Positions 1 to 11,860 are shown, counted from the first letter of the stretch. The stretch: 64,000 nucleotides of DNA from Alphaproteobacteria bacterium (GCA_963667785.2 CAXXMU010000006.1:704001-768000), one strand, 5' to 3'. The notes: a model not told the origin generated them from the sequence alone. Numbers and translations are program-made.

Positions 1-654
1 CTTGAGCGGCACCACCAGCAATGCGCCGGCGGCGAAGCCGCCGATGTGGGCGTACCAGGCGACGCCCCCGCCCGCCGGGCCGGCGACGAGCGCGTTGAAG
101 ACCTGGTAGCCGATCCAGAGCCCGAGCACGGCCCAGGCGGGGAAGCGGATGGGCATGAAGAAGACGAGGATCCAGACGCCCCGCCTGGGGTGAAGCATGA
201 AGTAGGCGCCGAGCACGCCGGAGACCGCGCCGCTCGCGCCGATGGTGGGGATCTGCGAGGCGGGCTCCACGGCGGCGTGGGTCAGCCCCGCCACCGCGCC
301 GCAGAGCAGATAGAAGAGCGCGAAGCGCCAGTGGCCCATCGAGTCTTCGACGTTGTCGCCGAAGATCCAGAGGTAGAGCATGTTGCCGAACAGGTGCCAG
401 AAGCCCCCGTGCAGGAACATCGAGGTGACGATGGTGAGCCAGGGCGTCACCGTGATCATCTCGGGCTCGCGCCTGAGCTCGCCGAGCACCGTCACCGGGA
501 TCATGCCGAGGCGGAAGATCAGCTCGGAATCGAACTGATCCCCGCCGATGGCCTGAACGATCCAGACGACGGTGCAGGCGGCGATCAGCCCCACCGTCAC
601 GAACTGGAAGCCGATCCGGTTGAGGGGGTTGTCGTCTCTCAGCGGCAGGAACAT
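1..654 (-). CDS. Rhomboid family intramembrane serine protease (3' end runs off the window)
   Basis: Manual translation from ATG at 654: MFLPLRDDNP...SMFLHGGFWHLFGNMLYLWIFGDNVED...IGASGAVSG...AWYAHIGGF. Contains the GASG catalytic Ser and AHxGG His motifs. Not in the ORF track. Confidence 0.93.
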   Translation of the reverse strand, partial: MFLPLRDDNPLNRIGFQFVTVGLIAACTVVWIVQAIGGDQFDSELIFRLGMIPVTVLGELRREPEMITVTPWLTIVTSMFLHGGFWHLFGNMLYLWIFGDNVEDSMGHWRFALFYLLCGAVAGLTHAAVEPASQIPTIGASGAVSGVLGAYFMLHPRRGVWILVFFMPIRFPAWAVLGLWIGYQVFNALVAGPAGGGVAWYAHIGGFAAGALLVVPLK

Positions 655-698
655 GGCTCAGCCCCGTTCCCGGCAGGGTGGTCGGTTGCGGCGCGCGC

Positions 699-2162
699 TC
701 AGCCGTCGAGCCTCGCCCGCAGCGCCTCGTTGACCGCGCGCGGGTTGGCCTTGCCGCCGGACGCCTTCATCACCTGGCCGACGAACCAGCCCGCGAGCTT
801 CGTCTTGCCGCCGCGATAGTCGGCCACCTTGTCGGGGTTGTCGGCGATGACCTGCTCCACCAGCGCCTCGATCGCGCCGGCATCGCTCACCTGCCTGAGC
901 CCCTTCTCCTCGATGATGGCGTCCACGTCCCCGCCGGTCGAGACCACGGTCTGGATCACGGTGCTGGCGCCCTGGTTGGAGACGGTGCCGTCCGCCATCC
1001 GGTCGATCAGCGCGGCCAGCGCGCCTGCTGGGACCGGACAGTCCTCGTTGTCGATCCCCGCCCGATTGAGCGCGCCGAACAGCGGGCCCATGATGAAGTT
1101 CGCGACGCGCTTGGCATCGCGCCCTTCCGCCACTTCATCGAAGAGGTCCGCGATCCCCCGCGCCGCCACCAGCACGCCGGCGTCGTAGGCAGACAGGCCG
1201 TGCTCTGCCGTGAAGCGCGCCTTGCGCACGTCCGGCAGCTCCGGCAGCCGAGCGCGCTCGGCGTCGACCCAGGCGGGATCGAGGGTGAGCGGCAGGAGGT
1301 CGGGATCGGGGAAGTAGCGGTAGTCGTGGGCCTCCTCCTTCGAGCGCATGGAGCGGGTGACGCCGCGGTCCGGATCGAAGAGTCGGGTCTCCAGCTCCAC
1401 CGCGCCGCCGTCCTCCAGCAGCTCGACCTGGCGCGCGGCCTCGACCTCGATCGCCTTCATCACGAAGCGGACGGAGTTGAGGTTCTTGACCTCGCAGCGG
1501 GTGCCCAGCGCCCCGCCCGGCCGGCGCACCGAAACGTTGACGTCGGCCCTGAGCGAGCCCTGCTCCATGTTGCCGTCGCAGGTGCCGATATAGCGGAGGA
1601 TTGAGCGCAGCTTGCGCAGGTAGAGGCCGGCTTCCTCCGGGCTCCTGATGTCGGGCTCGGAGACGATCTCCATCAGCGCGACGCCCGCGCGGTTGAGGTC
1701 GACGCAGGTGGCGTCGGCGCGGCGGTCGTGGATGCTCTTGCCGGCGTCCATCTCCAGATGCAGCCGGGTGATGCCGACGGTGCGCTGCGCGCCGTCCTCG
1801 AGGTCGAGCACGACCCGGCCCCGCCCCACGATGGGCCGGGAATACTGCGAAATCTGATAGCCGGGCGGCAGGTCGGGATAAAAGTAGTTCTTGCGGTCGA
1901 ATACCGAGGTCAGGTTGATCTCGGCCTCGAGCGCGAGCCCGGTCCGCACGGCCTGGGCCACGCAGTGGCGGTTGATGACCGGCAGCATGCCCGGCATCGC
2001 GGCATCGACGAGGGAGACCTGGCTGTTGGGCTCCGCGCCGAAGGCGGTGGGCGCGGACGAGAAGAGCTTGGCCTCCGAGATCACCTGGGCGTGGACCTCG
2101 AGGCCGACGGCGATCTCCCACTCGCCCTCGCGGCCTTGGATGCGGTAGCCGGGCGCGCTCAT
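699..2162 (-). CDS. gatB: Asp-tRNA(Asn)/Glu-tRNA(Gln) amidotransferase subunit B
   Basis: [50 protein letters not shown] motifs. Confidence 0.98.
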   Translation of the reverse strand: MSAPGYRIQGREGEWEIAVGLEVHAQVISEAKLFSSAPTAFGAEPNSQVSLVDAAMPGMLPVINRHCVAQAVRTGLALEAEINLTSVFDRKNYFYPDLPPGYQISQYSRPIVGRGRVVLDLEDGAQRTVGITRLHLEMDAGKSIHDRRADATCVDLNRAGVALMEIVSEPDIRSPEEAGLYLRKLRSILRYIGTCDGNMEQGSLRADVNVSVRRPGGALGTRCEVKNLNSVRFVMKAIEVEAARQVELLEDGGAVELETRLFDPDRGVTRSMRSKEEAHDYRYFPDPDLLPLTLDPAWVDAERARLPELPDVRKARFTAEHGLSAYDAGVLVAARGIADLFDEVAEGRDAKRVANFIMGPLFGALNRAGIDNEDCPVPAGALAALIDRMADGTVSNQGASTVIQTVVSTGGDVDAIIEEKGLRQVSDAGAIEALVEQVIADNPDKVADYRGGKTKLAGWFVGQVMKASGGKANPRAVNEALRARLDG

Positions 2163-3646
2163 GCCGCCTCGGCTGCGCCCGGCGCGGGCGGGCGATGGCT
2201 GAAGGCGGCCGCGCTCTCCAGCACGCCTGCCGCGCGGAAGAGCGTCGGCTCGTCGAAGGGCCGGGCGATCAGGTGCAGGCCGAGCGGCAGCCCGTCCGCC
2301 GTGAGCCCGGCCGGCACCGAGATCGCGGGCAGGCCCGCGAGGCTCGCCGGCACCGTGAACACGTCGTTCAGATACATGGCGATGGGATCGTCCATCTTCT
2401 CGCCGATGGCGAAGGCGGCAAACGGCGCGGTCGGCGTCAGCACCGCGTCCACGCTCTCGAACGCGGCCTCGAAATCGCGCGCGATGAGGGTGCGTACCTT
2501 CTGCGCCTTCAGATAGTAGGCGTCGTAGTAGCCGGCGGACAGCACGTAGGTGCCGATCAGGATGCGCCGCCTGACCTCGCGTCCGAAGCCAGCCGCCCGG
2601 GTGCGGGCATACATCTCGGCCGGATCGTCGCCCTCCACCCGAAGCCCGTAGCGGACGCCGTCGTAGCGCGCGAGGTTGGAGGAGGCCTCCGCCGGCGCCA
2701 CGATGTAGTAGGTGGGCAGCGCGTATTTGGTCAGCGGGAGCGAGATGTCCACCACCGTCGCGCCGGCGTCCTGGAACCAGCGCACGCCGTCGGCCCAGAG
2801 CGCCTCGATCTCCGCCGGCATGCCCTCCATCCGGTACTCCGCCGGCACGCCGATGGTGAGGCCGCGCACGTCCCCCGTGAGACTCGCGGCGTAGTCCGGG
2901 ACCGGGCGGTCGATGGAGGTCGAATCCTTCGGATCGTGGCCCGCCATCGCCTGCAGCATGAGCGCCGCATCCCCGACGGTGCGGGTGAGCGGCCCGGCCT
3001 GGTCGAGCGACGAAGCGAAGGCGATCATGCCCCAGCGCGAGCAGCGGCCATAGGTGGGCTTCATGCCGACGATGCCGCAGAAGGCCGCCGGCTGGCGGAT
3101 CGAGCCGCCGGTGTCGGTGCCGGTGGCGCCGAGGCAGAGACGCGCGGCCACGGCGGCGGCCGAGCCGCCGGAGCTTCCGCCCGGCACCAGCGGCTTGGCC
3201 TCGCCCCGTCGGCGCCAGGGGTTGACCACGGGGCCGTCCGCGCTGGTCACGTTGGCGGAGCCCATGGCGAACTCGTCCATGTTGGTCTTGCCCAGCATCA
3301 GCGCGCCGGCGGACCAGAGATTGGCGGTGACGGTGGATTCGTAGGGCGGCGCGAAGCCATCGAGAATCTTCGAGCAGGCCTGGCTGCGCACGCCCTTCGT
3401 GCAGAAGAGGTCCTTGACCGCGAGCGGGATGCCTTCGAGCAGCCGCCCCTCGCCGGCGGCGAGGCGGGCATCGGCCGCGTCCGCGCCGGCACGCGCATGG
3501 TCGAAGGTCTCGGCGACGAAGGCGTTCAGCCCGCGCCCCGCCTCGACGGCGGCGATGTGCGCGTCCACCAGCTCGCGCGCGGAGAAGCTGCGGGCGGCGA
3601 GGCCGGCGCGGGCGTCCGCAATGGTAAGCGCGGTGAGCGCGCTCAT
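2159..3646 (-). CDS. gatA: Asp/Glu-tRNA amidotransferase subunit A
   Basis: Amidase signature [31 protein letters not shown]; overlaps the gatB start by 4 bp. Confidence 0.98.
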   Translation of the reverse strand: MSALTALTIADARAGLAARSFSARELVDAHIAAVEAGRGLNAFVAETFDHARAGADAADARLAAGEGRLLEGIPLAVKDLFCTKGVRSQACSKILDGFAPPYESTVTANLWSAGALMLGKTNMDEFAMGSANVTSADGPVVNPWRRRGEAKPLVPGGSSGGSAAAVAARLCLGATGTDTGGSIRQPAAFCGIVGMKPTYGRCSRWGMIAFASSLDQAGPLTRTVGDAALMLQAMAGHDPKDSTSIDRPVPDYAASLTGDVRGLTIGVPAEYRMEGMPAEIEALWADGVRWFQDAGATVVDISLPLTKYALPTYYIVAPAEASSNLARYDGVRYGLRVEGDDPAEMYARTRAAGFGREVRRRILIGTYVLSAGYYDAYYLKAQKVRTLIARDFEAAFESVDAVLTPTAPFAAFAIGEKMDDPIAMYLNDVFTVPASLAGLPAISVPAGLTADGLPLGLHLIARPFDEPTLFRAAGVLESAAAFSHRPPAPGAAEAA

Positions 3647-3930
3647 TCGACCACCTTGGGGACGACGAAGAATCCGTCGTCGACGTCCGGCGCGTTGGCG
3701 AGCAGATCGTCCGTGGATGCGCCGTCCTCGGCGCTGTCCTCGCGCTGCGGCAGCGCGGCGGCGATGGCGCCGGTCATCGGCTCGACGCCCCCGGTATCGA
3801 CCTCGTCGAGCTGCTCGACCCAGGAGAGGATTCCGTTCAGCTCGTCGGCCATGGGCGCGAGCGCGTCCTCCTCCATGGCGATGCGCGAGAGCCGGGCGAT
3901 CCTGAGCACGGTGTCCCTGTCGATGCTCAT
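3643..3930 (-). CDS. gatC: Asp/Glu-tRNA amidotransferase subunit C
   Basis: [17 protein letters not shown]...LLANAP...[10 protein letters not shown]; true start is ATG 3930 inside ORF 3643..4434. Confidence 0.96.
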   Translation of the reverse strand: MSIDRDTVLRIARLSRIAMEEDALAPMADELNGILSWVEQLDEVDTGGVEPMTGAIAAALPQREDSAEDGASTDDLLANAPDVDDGFFVVPKVVE

Positions 3931-5063
3931 GGCCGGCCCCCCTCCTCCCAGGAGGCGAGCAGGTCGGGCGCCGCCATGTGGCGCACGGGCGGGCGCGGCG
4001 GCGGCGGCGCGCCGTTGATCCAGCCGGGAAAGAGGATCTCGTAGGCCGGCATGGGCTCCTCGTGCCGACGCAGCATCTGACGCGCCTTGATATGGGGATG
4101 CTCGGGCACGTCCTCCAGGCGGTGGACCGGCTCGTAGCAGCAATCCACCCCCTCCATCAGCCGGTTCATCTCGTCGAGGGTCCGCGCGCGCACGAAGGCG
4201 GAGACCTCGCCGATCAGCGCCTCCTGCGGCCGGGGCTCCCACTGGCGCTCGATCCACTCCGGCCGGCCGCAGGCGGTGCAGAAGTTGCCCCAGAACTTGG
4301 CCTCCAACGCGCCGAGGGTGACGAAGCGGCCGTCGCTCGTCTCGTAGATGTTGTAGAAGGCGGCGCCGCCGTTGGGGAACTGGGCCGCGCGCCTGGCGTC
4401 CCACTCCTCGTGGAGGAGCCCGTTCAGCGCCCACACCTGCCAGGGCAGCACGGTCTCCGCGATGCTGACGTCGATGGTGGCGCCCTTCCCCTCCGGGTTC
4501 CGGCTGCGGCCGAGCAGCCCGCCCATGATGCTGAGCGCGGCCTGCATGCCGGACGCGAAGTCGGCGGTGGGCGGGAAGGAGACCACCGGGCGCTCGGGCA
4601 CGCCGGAGCGCTCCAGCCCGCCCATCAGGCCCATGTAGTTGATGTCGTGACCGCCGCGCAGACGATAGGGCCCCTCGAGGCCCCAGCCGGAGAGCGAGCA
4701 GGAGACGATGCCGGGGTTCATCTCGTGCAGCGCGGCGTGGCCGAAGCCGAGGCGGTCGAGGACGCCGGGCCGGTAGGATTCGAGGAAGGCGTCCGAGCGC
4801 TCCACCAAGGCGCGGAAGTCGCGCTTTCCCGCCTCCGACTTGAGGTCGATCTCGACCACCGTCTTACCGCCGTTGACCATCCGGTACCAGACCGAGACGC
4901 CGGTTGCGTCCTTCGGCCCGACGCCCCGCATCGGCTCGCCGCCCGGCGGCTCGACCTTGATCACCTCTGCGCCGAGGTCGGCGAGGATCAGCGTCCCGTA
5001 GGGGCCGGGAATGTACTGGCTGAGATCGAGGACTCTCAGACCGGTGAGGAAGGGAATGGGCAC
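3927..5063 (-). CDS. CaiB/BaiF family III CoA-transferase (alpha-methylacyl-CoA racemase-like)
   Basis: [42 protein letters not shown] motifs. Confidence 0.93.
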   Translation of the reverse strand: MPIPFLTGLRVLDLSQYIPGPYGTLILADLGAEVIKVEPPGGEPMRGVGPKDATGVSVWYRMVNGGKTVVEIDLKSEAGKRDFRALVERSDAFLESYRPGVLDRLGFGHAALHEMNPGIVSCSLSGWGLEGPYRLRGGHDINYMGLMGGLERSGVPERPVVSFPPTADFASGMQAALSIMGGLLGRSRNPEGKGATIDVSIAETVLPWQVWALNGLLHEEWDARRAAQFPNGGAAFYNIYETSDGRFVTLGALEAKFWGNFCTACGRPEWIERQWEPRPQEALIGEVSAFVRARTLDEMNRLMEGVDCCYEPVHRLEDVPEHPHIKARQMLRRHEEPMPAYEILFPGWINGAPPPPRPPVRHMAAPDLLASWEEGGRP

Positions 5064-5081
5064 CGCCGGCTGCGCTGCCGC

Positions 5082-7424
5082 TCAGTTCGCGTATTCGGGC
5101 ACGCGGGGCCGCTTGCCCGGGCCGCCGCGCCGGCCCGAGCCTTTGCCGCCCTTGCGGCCGGGCGCGTCCGGCGCCGGATAGCTGAAGCTGAGCTTGCCGT
5201 CCCGGAGCCCCACCTGCACGCGGCCGCCCTTCGCCAGCTTGCCGAACAGGAGCTCGTCGGCGAGCGGCTTCTTGATCTCCTCCTGGATCAGCCGCGCCAG
5301 CGGACGGGCGCCGTAGGTGGCGTCGTAGCCGTTCTTGGCGAGCCAGGTACGCGCTGCGGCGCTCAGCTCGATGGAGACGTTGCGGTCGGCGAGCTGCTCC
5401 TCGAGCTGGATGATGAACTTGTCCACCACGCGCGCGATTACCTCGGGCGAGAGCGCGGCGAAGCGGATCACGGCATCGAGGCGGTTGCGGAACTCCGGCG
5501 CGAACATGCGCTTGATCGCCTCCTCGTCGTCGCCCTCGCGCTCCGTCCGGGCGAAGCCGATCGGCGCCTTGGCGAGCTCGGCGGCGCCTGCGTTGGTGGT
5601 CATGATGAGGATGACGTTGCTGAAATCGACCGTCTTGCCGTTGTGATCGGTGAGCTTCCCGTAGTCCATGATCTGCAGCAGGATGTTGAAGAGGTCGGGA
5701 TGCGCCTTCTCGATCTCGTCCAGCAGCAGGACCATGTGCGGGTTCTGGTCGGCGGCGTCGGTGAGCAGCCCGCCCTGGTCGAAGCCGACATAGCCGGGCG
5801 GCGCGCCGATGAGGCGCGAGACCGAGTGCCGCTCCATGTACTCGCTCATGTCGAAGCGGACGAGCTCGACGCCCATCACGTGAGCGAGCTGGCGCGCCAC
5901 CTCGGTCTTGCCGACCCCGGTGGGGCCCGAGAAGAGGTAGCAGCCGACCGGTTTGCCCGGCTCGCGCAGGCCGGCGCGGGCCATCTTGATCGCGGTGGCG
6001 ACGGCGGCGATGGCATCGTCCTGGCCGAAGACGACGGTCCCGAGATCGCGCTCTAGGCTCTCCAGGATGGTCTTGTCGCCGCGGCTCACGTTCTTGGGCG
6101 GAATGCGGGCGATCTTCGCCACCACACCCTCGACGTCCTTCACGCCCACGGTCTTGCGCCGCTTCGATTCCGGCAAGAGGCGCTGCGAGGCACCGACCTC
6201 GTCGATCACGTCGATCGCCTTGTCGGGCAGCCTGCGGTCGTTGATGTAGCGGCTGGCGAGTTCGACGGCGGTGCGGATCGCTTCCGCCGTGTAGCGCACG
6301 CCGTGGTGCGCCTCGTAGTAGGGCTTGAGGCCGCGCAGGATCTTGACCGCCTCGTCGACGCTCGGCTCGTTCACGTCGATCTTCTGGAAGCGCCGCACCA
6401 GCGCGCGGTCCTTCTCGAAGTAGTTGCGGTATTCCTTGTAGGTGGTGGACCCGATGCAGCGCAGCGTGCCGCTCTGCAGCGCGGGCTTGAGCAGGTTGGA
6501 CGCATCCATCGCGCCGCCGCTGGTGGCGCCGGCGCCGATGACGGTGTGGATCTCGTCGATGAAGAGGATGGCGCCCTCGCAGGCCTCGATCTCGGCGAGC
6601 ACGGCCTTGATCCGCTCCTCGAAGTCGCCGCGGTAGCGGGTGCCGGCGAGCAGCGCGCCCATGTCCAGCGCGAAGATCACCGCGCCATCCAGCACCTCGG
6701 GCACCTCGCCGTCCTCGATGCGCCGCGCCAGCCCCTCGGCCAGCGCCGTCTTGCCGACGCCGGCATCGCCGACGTAGAGGGGGTTGTTCTTGGTGCGGCG
6801 GCAAAGCACCTGGATGGTGCGCTCGACCTCGGCGTCGCGGCCGATGAGCGGGTCGATCCGCCCCGCCTTGGCCTTGGCGTTCAGGTTGACGCAGTAGGCC
6901 TCCAGCGCCGCCGCGCCCTCCTTGACGACGCTCTCGTCGCTGGCGTCCTCGTCGGCGCCGGAGACCGCGCCTCCCGGCCCCGCGTGGCCGGGCACCTTGG
7001 CGATCCGGTGCGAGATGTAGTTGACCGCGTCGTAGCGCGTCATGTCCTGCTCCTGCAGGAAGTAGACCGCGTGGCTCTCGCGCTCGGAGAAGATCGCCAC
7101 CAGGATGTTGGCGCCGGTCACCTCGGACCGGCCGGACGACTGCACGTGCAGGACGGCGCGCTGCACCACCCGCTGGAAGCCGGTGGTGGGCTTGGCCTCG
7201 ACCGGCTCCTCGGTGGCCAGGCCCTCCAGCTCCTCGTCGATGAAGCTCTCGAGCTCGCGCTCGAGCCTCTCCAGATCGACGCCGCAGGCCTTGAGCACCG
7301 CGATCGCGTCGGGATCCTCCAGCAGCGCCAGCAGCAGGTGCTCGAGCGTCGCGAACTCGTGCCGCCGCTCGACCGCCAGCGCCAGCGCCCGGTGCAGGCT
7401 CTTCTCGAGATCACGCGACAGCAT
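5082..7424 (-). CDS. clpA: ATP-dependent Clp protease ATP-binding subunit ClpA
   Basis: Two AAA modules ([16 protein letters not shown]), DMSEYMERH, lies downstream of clpS. Confidence 0.97.
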   Translation of the reverse strand: MLSRDLEKSLHRALALAVERRHEFATLEHLLLALLEDPDAIAVLKACGVDLERLERELESFIDEELEGLATEEPVEAKPTTGFQRVVQRAVLHVQSSGRSEVTGANILVAIFSERESHAVYFLQEQDMTRYDAVNYISHRIAKVPGHAGPGGAVSGADEDASDESVVKEGAAALEAYCVNLNAKAKAGRIDPLIGRDAEVERTIQVLCRRTKNNPLYVGDAGVGKTALAEGLARRIEDGEVPEVLDGAVIFALDMGALLAGTRYRGDFEERIKAVLAEIEACEGAILFIDEIHTVIGAGATSGGAMDASNLLKPALQSGTLRCIGSTTYKEYRNYFEKDRALVRRFQKIDVNEPSVDEAVKILRGLKPYYEAHHGVRYTAEAIRTAVELASRYINDRRLPDKAIDVIDEVGASQRLLPESKRRKTVGVKDVEGVVAKIARIPPKNVSRGDKTILESLERDLGTVVFGQDDAIAAVATAIKMARAGLREPGKPVGCYLFSGPTGVGKTEVARQLAHVMGVELVRFDMSEYMERHSVSRLIGAPPGYVGFDQGGLLTDAADQNPHMVLLLDEIEKAHPDLFNILLQIMDYGKLTDHNGKTVDFSNVILIMTTNAGAAELAKAPIGFARTEREGDDEEAIKRMFAPEFRNRLDAVIRFAALSPEVIARVVDKFIIQLEEQLADRNVSIELSAAARTWLAKNGYDATYGARPLARLIQEEIKKPLADELLFGKLAKGGRVQVGLRDGKLSFSYPAPDAPGRKGGKGSGRRGGPGKRPRVPEYAN

Positions 7425-7431
7425 GCGTCCG

Positions 7432-7758
7432 CTACTCCTTCTCCATCGTGCACTGCAGCGGGTGCTCGTTGCGGCGGGAGAAGTCGGAGACCTGTTTCAC
7501 CTTGGTCTCGGCGACCTCGTAGGAATAGACGCCGCAGACTCCCACGCCGCGCCGGTGGACGTGAAGCATGATCGTGGTCGCACGCTGCTCGTCCATCCCG
7601 AAGAACCGCATCAGCACCACGACAACGAACTCCATCGGCGTGTAGTCGTCATTGAGCAGCAGGACCTTGTACATCGACGGCTTCTTGGTCTCGGCGCGCG
7701 ACTTGGTGATGACCTGGGAATCGTCGCCGGGCCGACCGGATGTCCGCTGATCCGACAT
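7432..7758 (-). CDS. clpS: Clp protease adaptor ClpS
   Basis: [17 protein letters not shown]...[10 protein letters not shown]; likely start ATG 7758. Confidence 0.96.
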   Translation of the reverse strand: MSDQRTSGRPGDDSQVITKSRAETKKPSMYKVLLLNDDYTPMEFVVVVLMRFFGMDEQRATTIMLHVHRRGVGVCGVYSYEVAETKVKQVSDFSRRNEHPLQCTMEKE

Positions 7759-7868
7759 TTCGCACCACGCACCACATACCGCGTTCGCCGTGCGCGCGAC
7801 ACGCCGCGTTCGCCGCGCGCACCTGCCCAAATTATAGCATCGAGGGCCGGGCGCAACGCCCCGCCGGG

Positions 7869-8047
7869 CTGGAGCGTGTCCGCTCTACACGGAAACGCTC
7901 CAGCCTCTTTGTCGCTCACGGCAGCCGGCTGTCCAGCGATTCCGCGCGCCTGCCGGCGCGACGGCCGGCGCCTGCGCGGGCGCGCCGCATAAGCGGCGGG
8001 CCGCGGTCGCGGCCTGTCGCGTATCCGTCAAAGACGGATACGCTCTA
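7869..8047. repeat. CIR-like dispersed intergenic repeat, family A copy 1 (plus an extra terminal hairpin at 7869-7903)
   Basis: 7901-8047 is a near-identical inverted copy of 37710-37882; the end TAGAGCGTATCCGTC..GACGGATACGCG begins at the ndk TAG stop. Confidence 0.88.
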
Positions 8048-8467
8048 CCCCACGATGTCGGTCTCGGCGAAGAAGAAGGCGATCTCGATGGCCGCGTTCT
8101 CGGGCGAATCCGAGCCGTGCACGGAGTTGGCCTCGACCGTCTCGCCGAACGAGGCGCGGATGGTGCCGGAGTCGGCGTTGGCCGGGTTGGTGGCGCCCAT
8201 GATCGTGCGATTGGCCTCCACCGCGTTCTCGCCTTCGAGCACCTGAACCACCACCGGGCCCGAGGTCATGAAGGCGCAGAGATCGTCGTAGAAGGCGCGC
8301 TCCCTGTGCACCGCGTAGAAGGCGCGGGCCTGGGCCTCCGTCAGCCTGATCCGGCGCTGGGCGACGATGGCGAGCCCCGCCTCCTCGAAGCGCTGGTTGA
8401 TGGCGCCCGTCAGGTTGCGGCGCGTGGCATCCGGCTTGATGATCGAAAGGGTGCGCTCGATCGCCAT
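8045..8467 (-). CDS. ndk: Nucleoside diphosphate kinase
   Basis: [14 protein letters not shown]...NSVHGSDS (catalytic His); start ATG 8467. Confidence 0.98.
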   Translation of the reverse strand: MAIERTLSIIKPDATRRNLTGAINQRFEEAGLAIVAQRRIRLTEAQARAFYAVHRERAFYDDLCAFMTSGPVVVQVLEGENAVEANRTIMGATNPANADSGTIRASFGETVEANSVHGSDSPENAAIEIAFFFAETDIVG

Positions 8468-8540
8468 GGGCTCTCCCCCGAGAGATGTGCGGCTGGCCCT
8501 TATAGAGACTAGCCCTGCGGCCGGCAACGGCGCCGTGGCG

Positions 8541-8999
8541 CTATCGGCGCGCCGCGAAGAACGCGCGGAGCAGCGTGGCGGCGCGGCTCTCGCGGACGCC
8601 GCCGATCACCTCGGGCCGGTGATGGCAGGTGGGCTGCTCGAAGATGCGGGCGCCGTGCTCGACCCCGCCGCCCTTGGGATCGGGCGCGCCGAAATAGAGC
8701 CGGCGCAGACGGGCGAAGGCGATCGCCTGCGCGCACATGGCGCAGGGCTCCAGCGTGACGTAGATGTCGCAGTCCGGGAGCCTCGCCGAGTCGCGCGCCG
8801 CCGCGGCGGCACGGATGGCCAGCATCTCGGCATGCGCCGTCGGGTCTCTGGCGGCCTCCGTGCGGTTGCCGGCCCGCGCCAGCACGTCGCCGCTCCGCCC
8901 GTCGACCACGACCGCACCCACCGGCACCTCGCCGCGCGCCGCCGCCGCCTCGGCTTCGGCAAGCGCGAGGTCCATCGGCGATGGTGGCTCCTTCCCCAT
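8541..8999 (-). CDS. tadA: tRNA adenosine(34) deaminase
   Basis: [11 protein letters not shown] and PCAMC zinc motifs. Confidence 0.92.
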   Translation of the reverse strand: MGKEPPSPMDLALAEAEAAAARGEVPVGAVVVDGRSGDVLARAGNRTEAARDPTAHAEMLAIRAAAAARDSARLPDCDIYVTLEPCAMCAQAIAFARLRRLYFGAPDPKGGGVEHGARIFEQPTCHHRPEVIGGVRESRAATLLRAFFAARR

Positions 9000-9120
9000 T
9001 GCCGCAGGGTCCGGCTACCCCTGCGGGGGGTCAAGGCCTGACGTGACGAGTCGCGGCGGGACTCGTCTGCCGGCGCGAGCGTCGGTTGCGACGGTTCCGG
9101 GGCGCTCCTAGACTCCGCCG

Positions 9121-9834
9121 ATGGTCCGGCCCGTCATCGGCCTCACCCTCGATTCGGAGCCGCCCGGCGGCTACTCCGGCGAGCCCTGGTACGCGATCCG
9201 CGAGAACTACTGCACGGCCATCGCGGCGGCCGGCGGGGTTCCCGTGGCCCTGCCGCACGAGCCGGACCTCGCCGCGCGCTACCTGGAGACGGTGGACGGC
9301 CTCGTCATCACCGGCGGCGCCTTCGACGTGGACCCGGCGCTCTTCGGCGCCGCGACCCGGCACAAGACGGTCACCACCAAGGACCGGCGGACCGCCTTCG
9401 AGCTCGCGATCACCCGGGCTGCCCACGACTCATCGGTGCCCTCGCTCGGCATCTGCGGCGGCCAGCAGCTGATGAACGTGGCGCTCGGCGGCACCCTGAT
9501 CCAGCACATCCCCGACGCGGTGCCGGACGCGCTCGCGCACGAGCAGCCCAACCCCCGCACGGAGCCGGGGCATGCGGTCTCGCTCGAGGCCGAGAGCCGG
9601 CTCGGGACCATCGTCGGCAGCGGCACCATGGCGGTGAACAGCGCCCACCACCAGGCGGTCGCAGAGGCGGCGCCCGGCCTCGTCGTCAACGCCCGCGCGC
9701 CCGACGGCGTGATCGAGGGCATCGAGGACCCGGCGCACCGCTGGTTCATCGGCGTGCAGTGGCACCCGGAGTACGCCATCGACCCCGGCGATGCGCGCAT
9801 CTTCCGCTCGCTGATCGAGGCCTGCGGTCGTTAG
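9121..9834 (+). CDS. Peptidase C26 / gamma-glutamyl-gamma-aminobutyrate hydrolase (PuuD-like) family
   Basis: ITGGAFDVDP, LGICGGQQ nucleophile, VNSAHHQ, GVQWHPE. Confidence 0.92.
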   Translation: MVRPVIGLTLDSEPPGGYSGEPWYAIRENYCTAIAAAGGVPVALPHEPDLAARYLETVDGLVITGGAFDVDPALFGAATRHKTVTTKDRRTAFELAITRAAHDSSVPSLGICGGQQLMNVALGGTLIQHIPDAVPDALAHEQPNPRTEPGHAVSLEAESRLGTIVGSGTMAVNSAHHQAVAEAAPGLVVNARAPDGVIEGIEDPAHRWFIGVQWHPEYAIDPGDARIFRSLIEACGR

Positions 9835-9911
9835 CCTCCTGCCACGCCGCCTGCGCGATGCGCGGCCGGGCGGCGGGGGCGCAAAGTGACACAACCCCCC
9901 CGTTTTCTATG

Positions 9912-10150
9912 CGGGATGTCCCGGGACAAAGCGGCACAAGCGGCACTCTATGCGGCACAGCCGGGGGTCGAACGGCGGCGGTGACGGAGTGCGCGCGGTA
10001 GACCCGGACGCGGGGCGCGAAAGTGGGATTCGGCAGTGCCCCCCTTTGCCGGGATTCGCCGGGATCGCAAGGGATTCAACGCGGGACATTTTCCGAAGAA
10101 GGTGGGATTCCGCTGGGATATCGGGGCAGTTTTCCGGGATGAATCCCACG
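9912..10150. repeat. Array of short helically phased GGGAT/GGGAC and GCGGCAC motifs in a 566-bp intergenic region
   Basis: GGGAT at 10025, 10051, 10061, 10071, 10104, 10115, 10136; GGGAC at 10083; GCGGCAC at 9931, 9940, 9952. Confidence 0.6.
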
Positions 10151-10400
10151 ACCGCGAGGTGGCGCCGGGCGTCTTTCCCGCTCCTCCCGCCTGCCGTCGC
10201 TGGTTCTTCCGTCCCATGGCGCGAGCATGTCACCGGCACCGCGCGGCGTGCACCGCACCATGGTGCGGGGAGTCGCGCATGCCCGCAGGGTCGTGCGCGC
10301 GGAAGGAGGGTCCGCTCGCGCCCGGCGGAGGCGGCACGCCGCTGGCCCGGCCCGGCGCGATCCACGCTAGGATGAGCCCCTCTTCGACCGGAGGGGAAGC

Positions 10401-11642
10401 GTGACGGGCATGGCGGCGGCTGACTCGGGAGAGCGGATCGAGAGCGACGTCGTCGTCATCGGCGGCGGCCTCGTCGGGCTCACGCTCGGCACCGCCCTTG
10501 CCGGCGCAGGGATCGAGACGGTCGTGGTGGACGGCGCGGCGCCTGCGGCGGTGAAGGACGCCGCGTTCGACGGCAGGGTCTCGTCGATCGCGCTCGGCTC
10601 GAAGCGCGTGCTCGACGCCATCGGCCTGTGGCCGGCGTTGGCGAAGGAAGCCCAGCCGATCCTCGAGATCCGCGTCTCCGACGGCGACGCGCCTCTCTTC
10701 CTGCACTACGACCACAAGGACGTGGGCGCCGGCCCGCTCGGCTTCATCGTCGAGAACCGCGCCATCCGCGCCGGCCTGATCGCGCGCGCCGGAGCACTCC
10801 CCCCGCTCCGCCATCTCGCGCCCGCCTCGGTGGAGGCGCTGGAGCCCGCGCCGGGCGCGACCCTGGCCCGGCTCGCGGACGGCAGGACCGTGCGTGCGCG
10901 CCTCGCCGTCGCCGCCGACGGCGCCCGCTCCCGGCTGCGGGAGGCCGCCGGAATCGAGACCGTGCGCTGGTCCTACGAGCAGACGGGAATCGTCTGCACC
11001 GTGGCGCACGAGCGGGCGCACCGGGGCATCGCGCACGAGCGCTTCCTGCCGGCCGGGCCCTTCGCCATTCTGCCCATGACCGGCGACCGCTCCTCCCTGG
11101 TGTGGACCGAGCGCGCATCCCTGGCGCCCGCCCTGCTGGAGGCGCCGCCGGCCGTCTTCGCGCGCGAGCTGGCCCGGCGCTTCGGCGACTTCCTCGGCGC
11201 GCTGGAGCCGGTCGGCCCGCGCTGGAGCTACCCCCTCGCGCTCACCCACGCGAAGCGCTACGTCGCGCCCAGGCTCGCGCTCGCGGGCGATGCGGCGCAC
11301 GCCATCCATCCGCTCGCCGGCCAAGGCTTCAACCTCGGCATCCGCGACGCGGCGGTGCTGGCCGAGCTGGTGGTCGACCGCGCGCGCCTCGGCCTCGACA
11401 TCGGCGGGAGCGACGTGCTTACCCGCTATCAGCGCCGGCGGCGCTTCGATTCCGTGGTGCTGATCGCGGTGACCGACGGGCTGAACCGGCTGTTCTCGAA
11501 CGAGAGCCAGGGCCTGCGCCTGATCCGCGACGCAGGGCTGGCGGCGGTCAACGAGCTGCCGCCGGTCAAGCGCTTCTTCATGCGCCATGCCATGGGGCTG
11601 GCCGGCGACCTGCCGCGCCTCGCCCGCGGCGAGCCGCTTTAG
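10401..11642 (+). CDS. UbiH/UbiL-family FAD-dependent ubiquinone biosynthesis hydroxylase
   Basis: [33 protein letters not shown] motifs. Confidence 0.93.
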   Translation: MTGMAAADSGERIESDVVVIGGGLVGLTLGTALAGAGIETVVVDGAAPAAVKDAAFDGRVSSIALGSKRVLDAIGLWPALAKEAQPILEIRVSDGDAPLFLHYDHKDVGAGPLGFIVENRAIRAGLIARAGALPPLRHLAPASVEALEPAPGATLARLADGRTVRARLAVAADGARSRLREAAGIETVRWSYEQTGIVCTVAHERAHRGIAHERFLPAGPFAILPMTGDRSSLVWTERASLAPALLEAPPAVFARELARRFGDFLGALEPVGPRWSYPLALTHAKRYVAPRLALAGDAAHAIHPLAGQGFNLGIRDAAVLAELVVDRARLGLDIGGSDVLTRYQRRRRFDSVVLIAVTDGLNRLFSNESQGLRLIRDAGLAAVNELPPVKRFFMRHAMGLAGDLPRLARGEPL

Positions 11643-11860
11643 AGCACGATCCGACTGGACGGGATCGTGCTCAACGGCCGCACGCACTCATTTCCTTACG
11701 CAGCGCGTGCCGGAAACCCCACCTCTCCCCGGCCCTCTCCTCCCCGGCGGGGAGGAGAGGGAGAGAAGCGTGGCGCCGCTTTCGTTCCCCCTCCTCCTGG
11801 GAGGAGGGGGATAGGGGGAGGTGGGAGTCGTTCGGCCTGCCGTGAGCGACAAAGAGTCTA
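11640..11860. repeat. Family A-type repeat ends enclosing a C-rich/G-rich palindromic (REP/BoxC-like) core; fills the whole space between two convergent stop codons
   Basis: Left hairpin TAGAGCACGATCC..GGGATCGTGCTCAA; core CCCCACCTCTCCCC...GGGGGAGGTGGG at 11717-11825; right end CTGCCGTGAGCGACAAAGAGTCTA shared with 7901-7924 and 37860-37882. Confidence 0.82.

Noticed and set aside
9835-10400. Replication origin or CRISPR array in the repeat-rich gap
   Set aside because: I saw no DnaA boxes, no AT-rich unwinding element and no 25-45-bp repeat-spacer structure; no cas genes are present.
9907-10404. ORFs 9907..10365-, 9950..10375+ and 10036..10404+
   Set aside because: No recognisable domain, atypical composition and mutually overlapping; better explained as translated DNA motifs.
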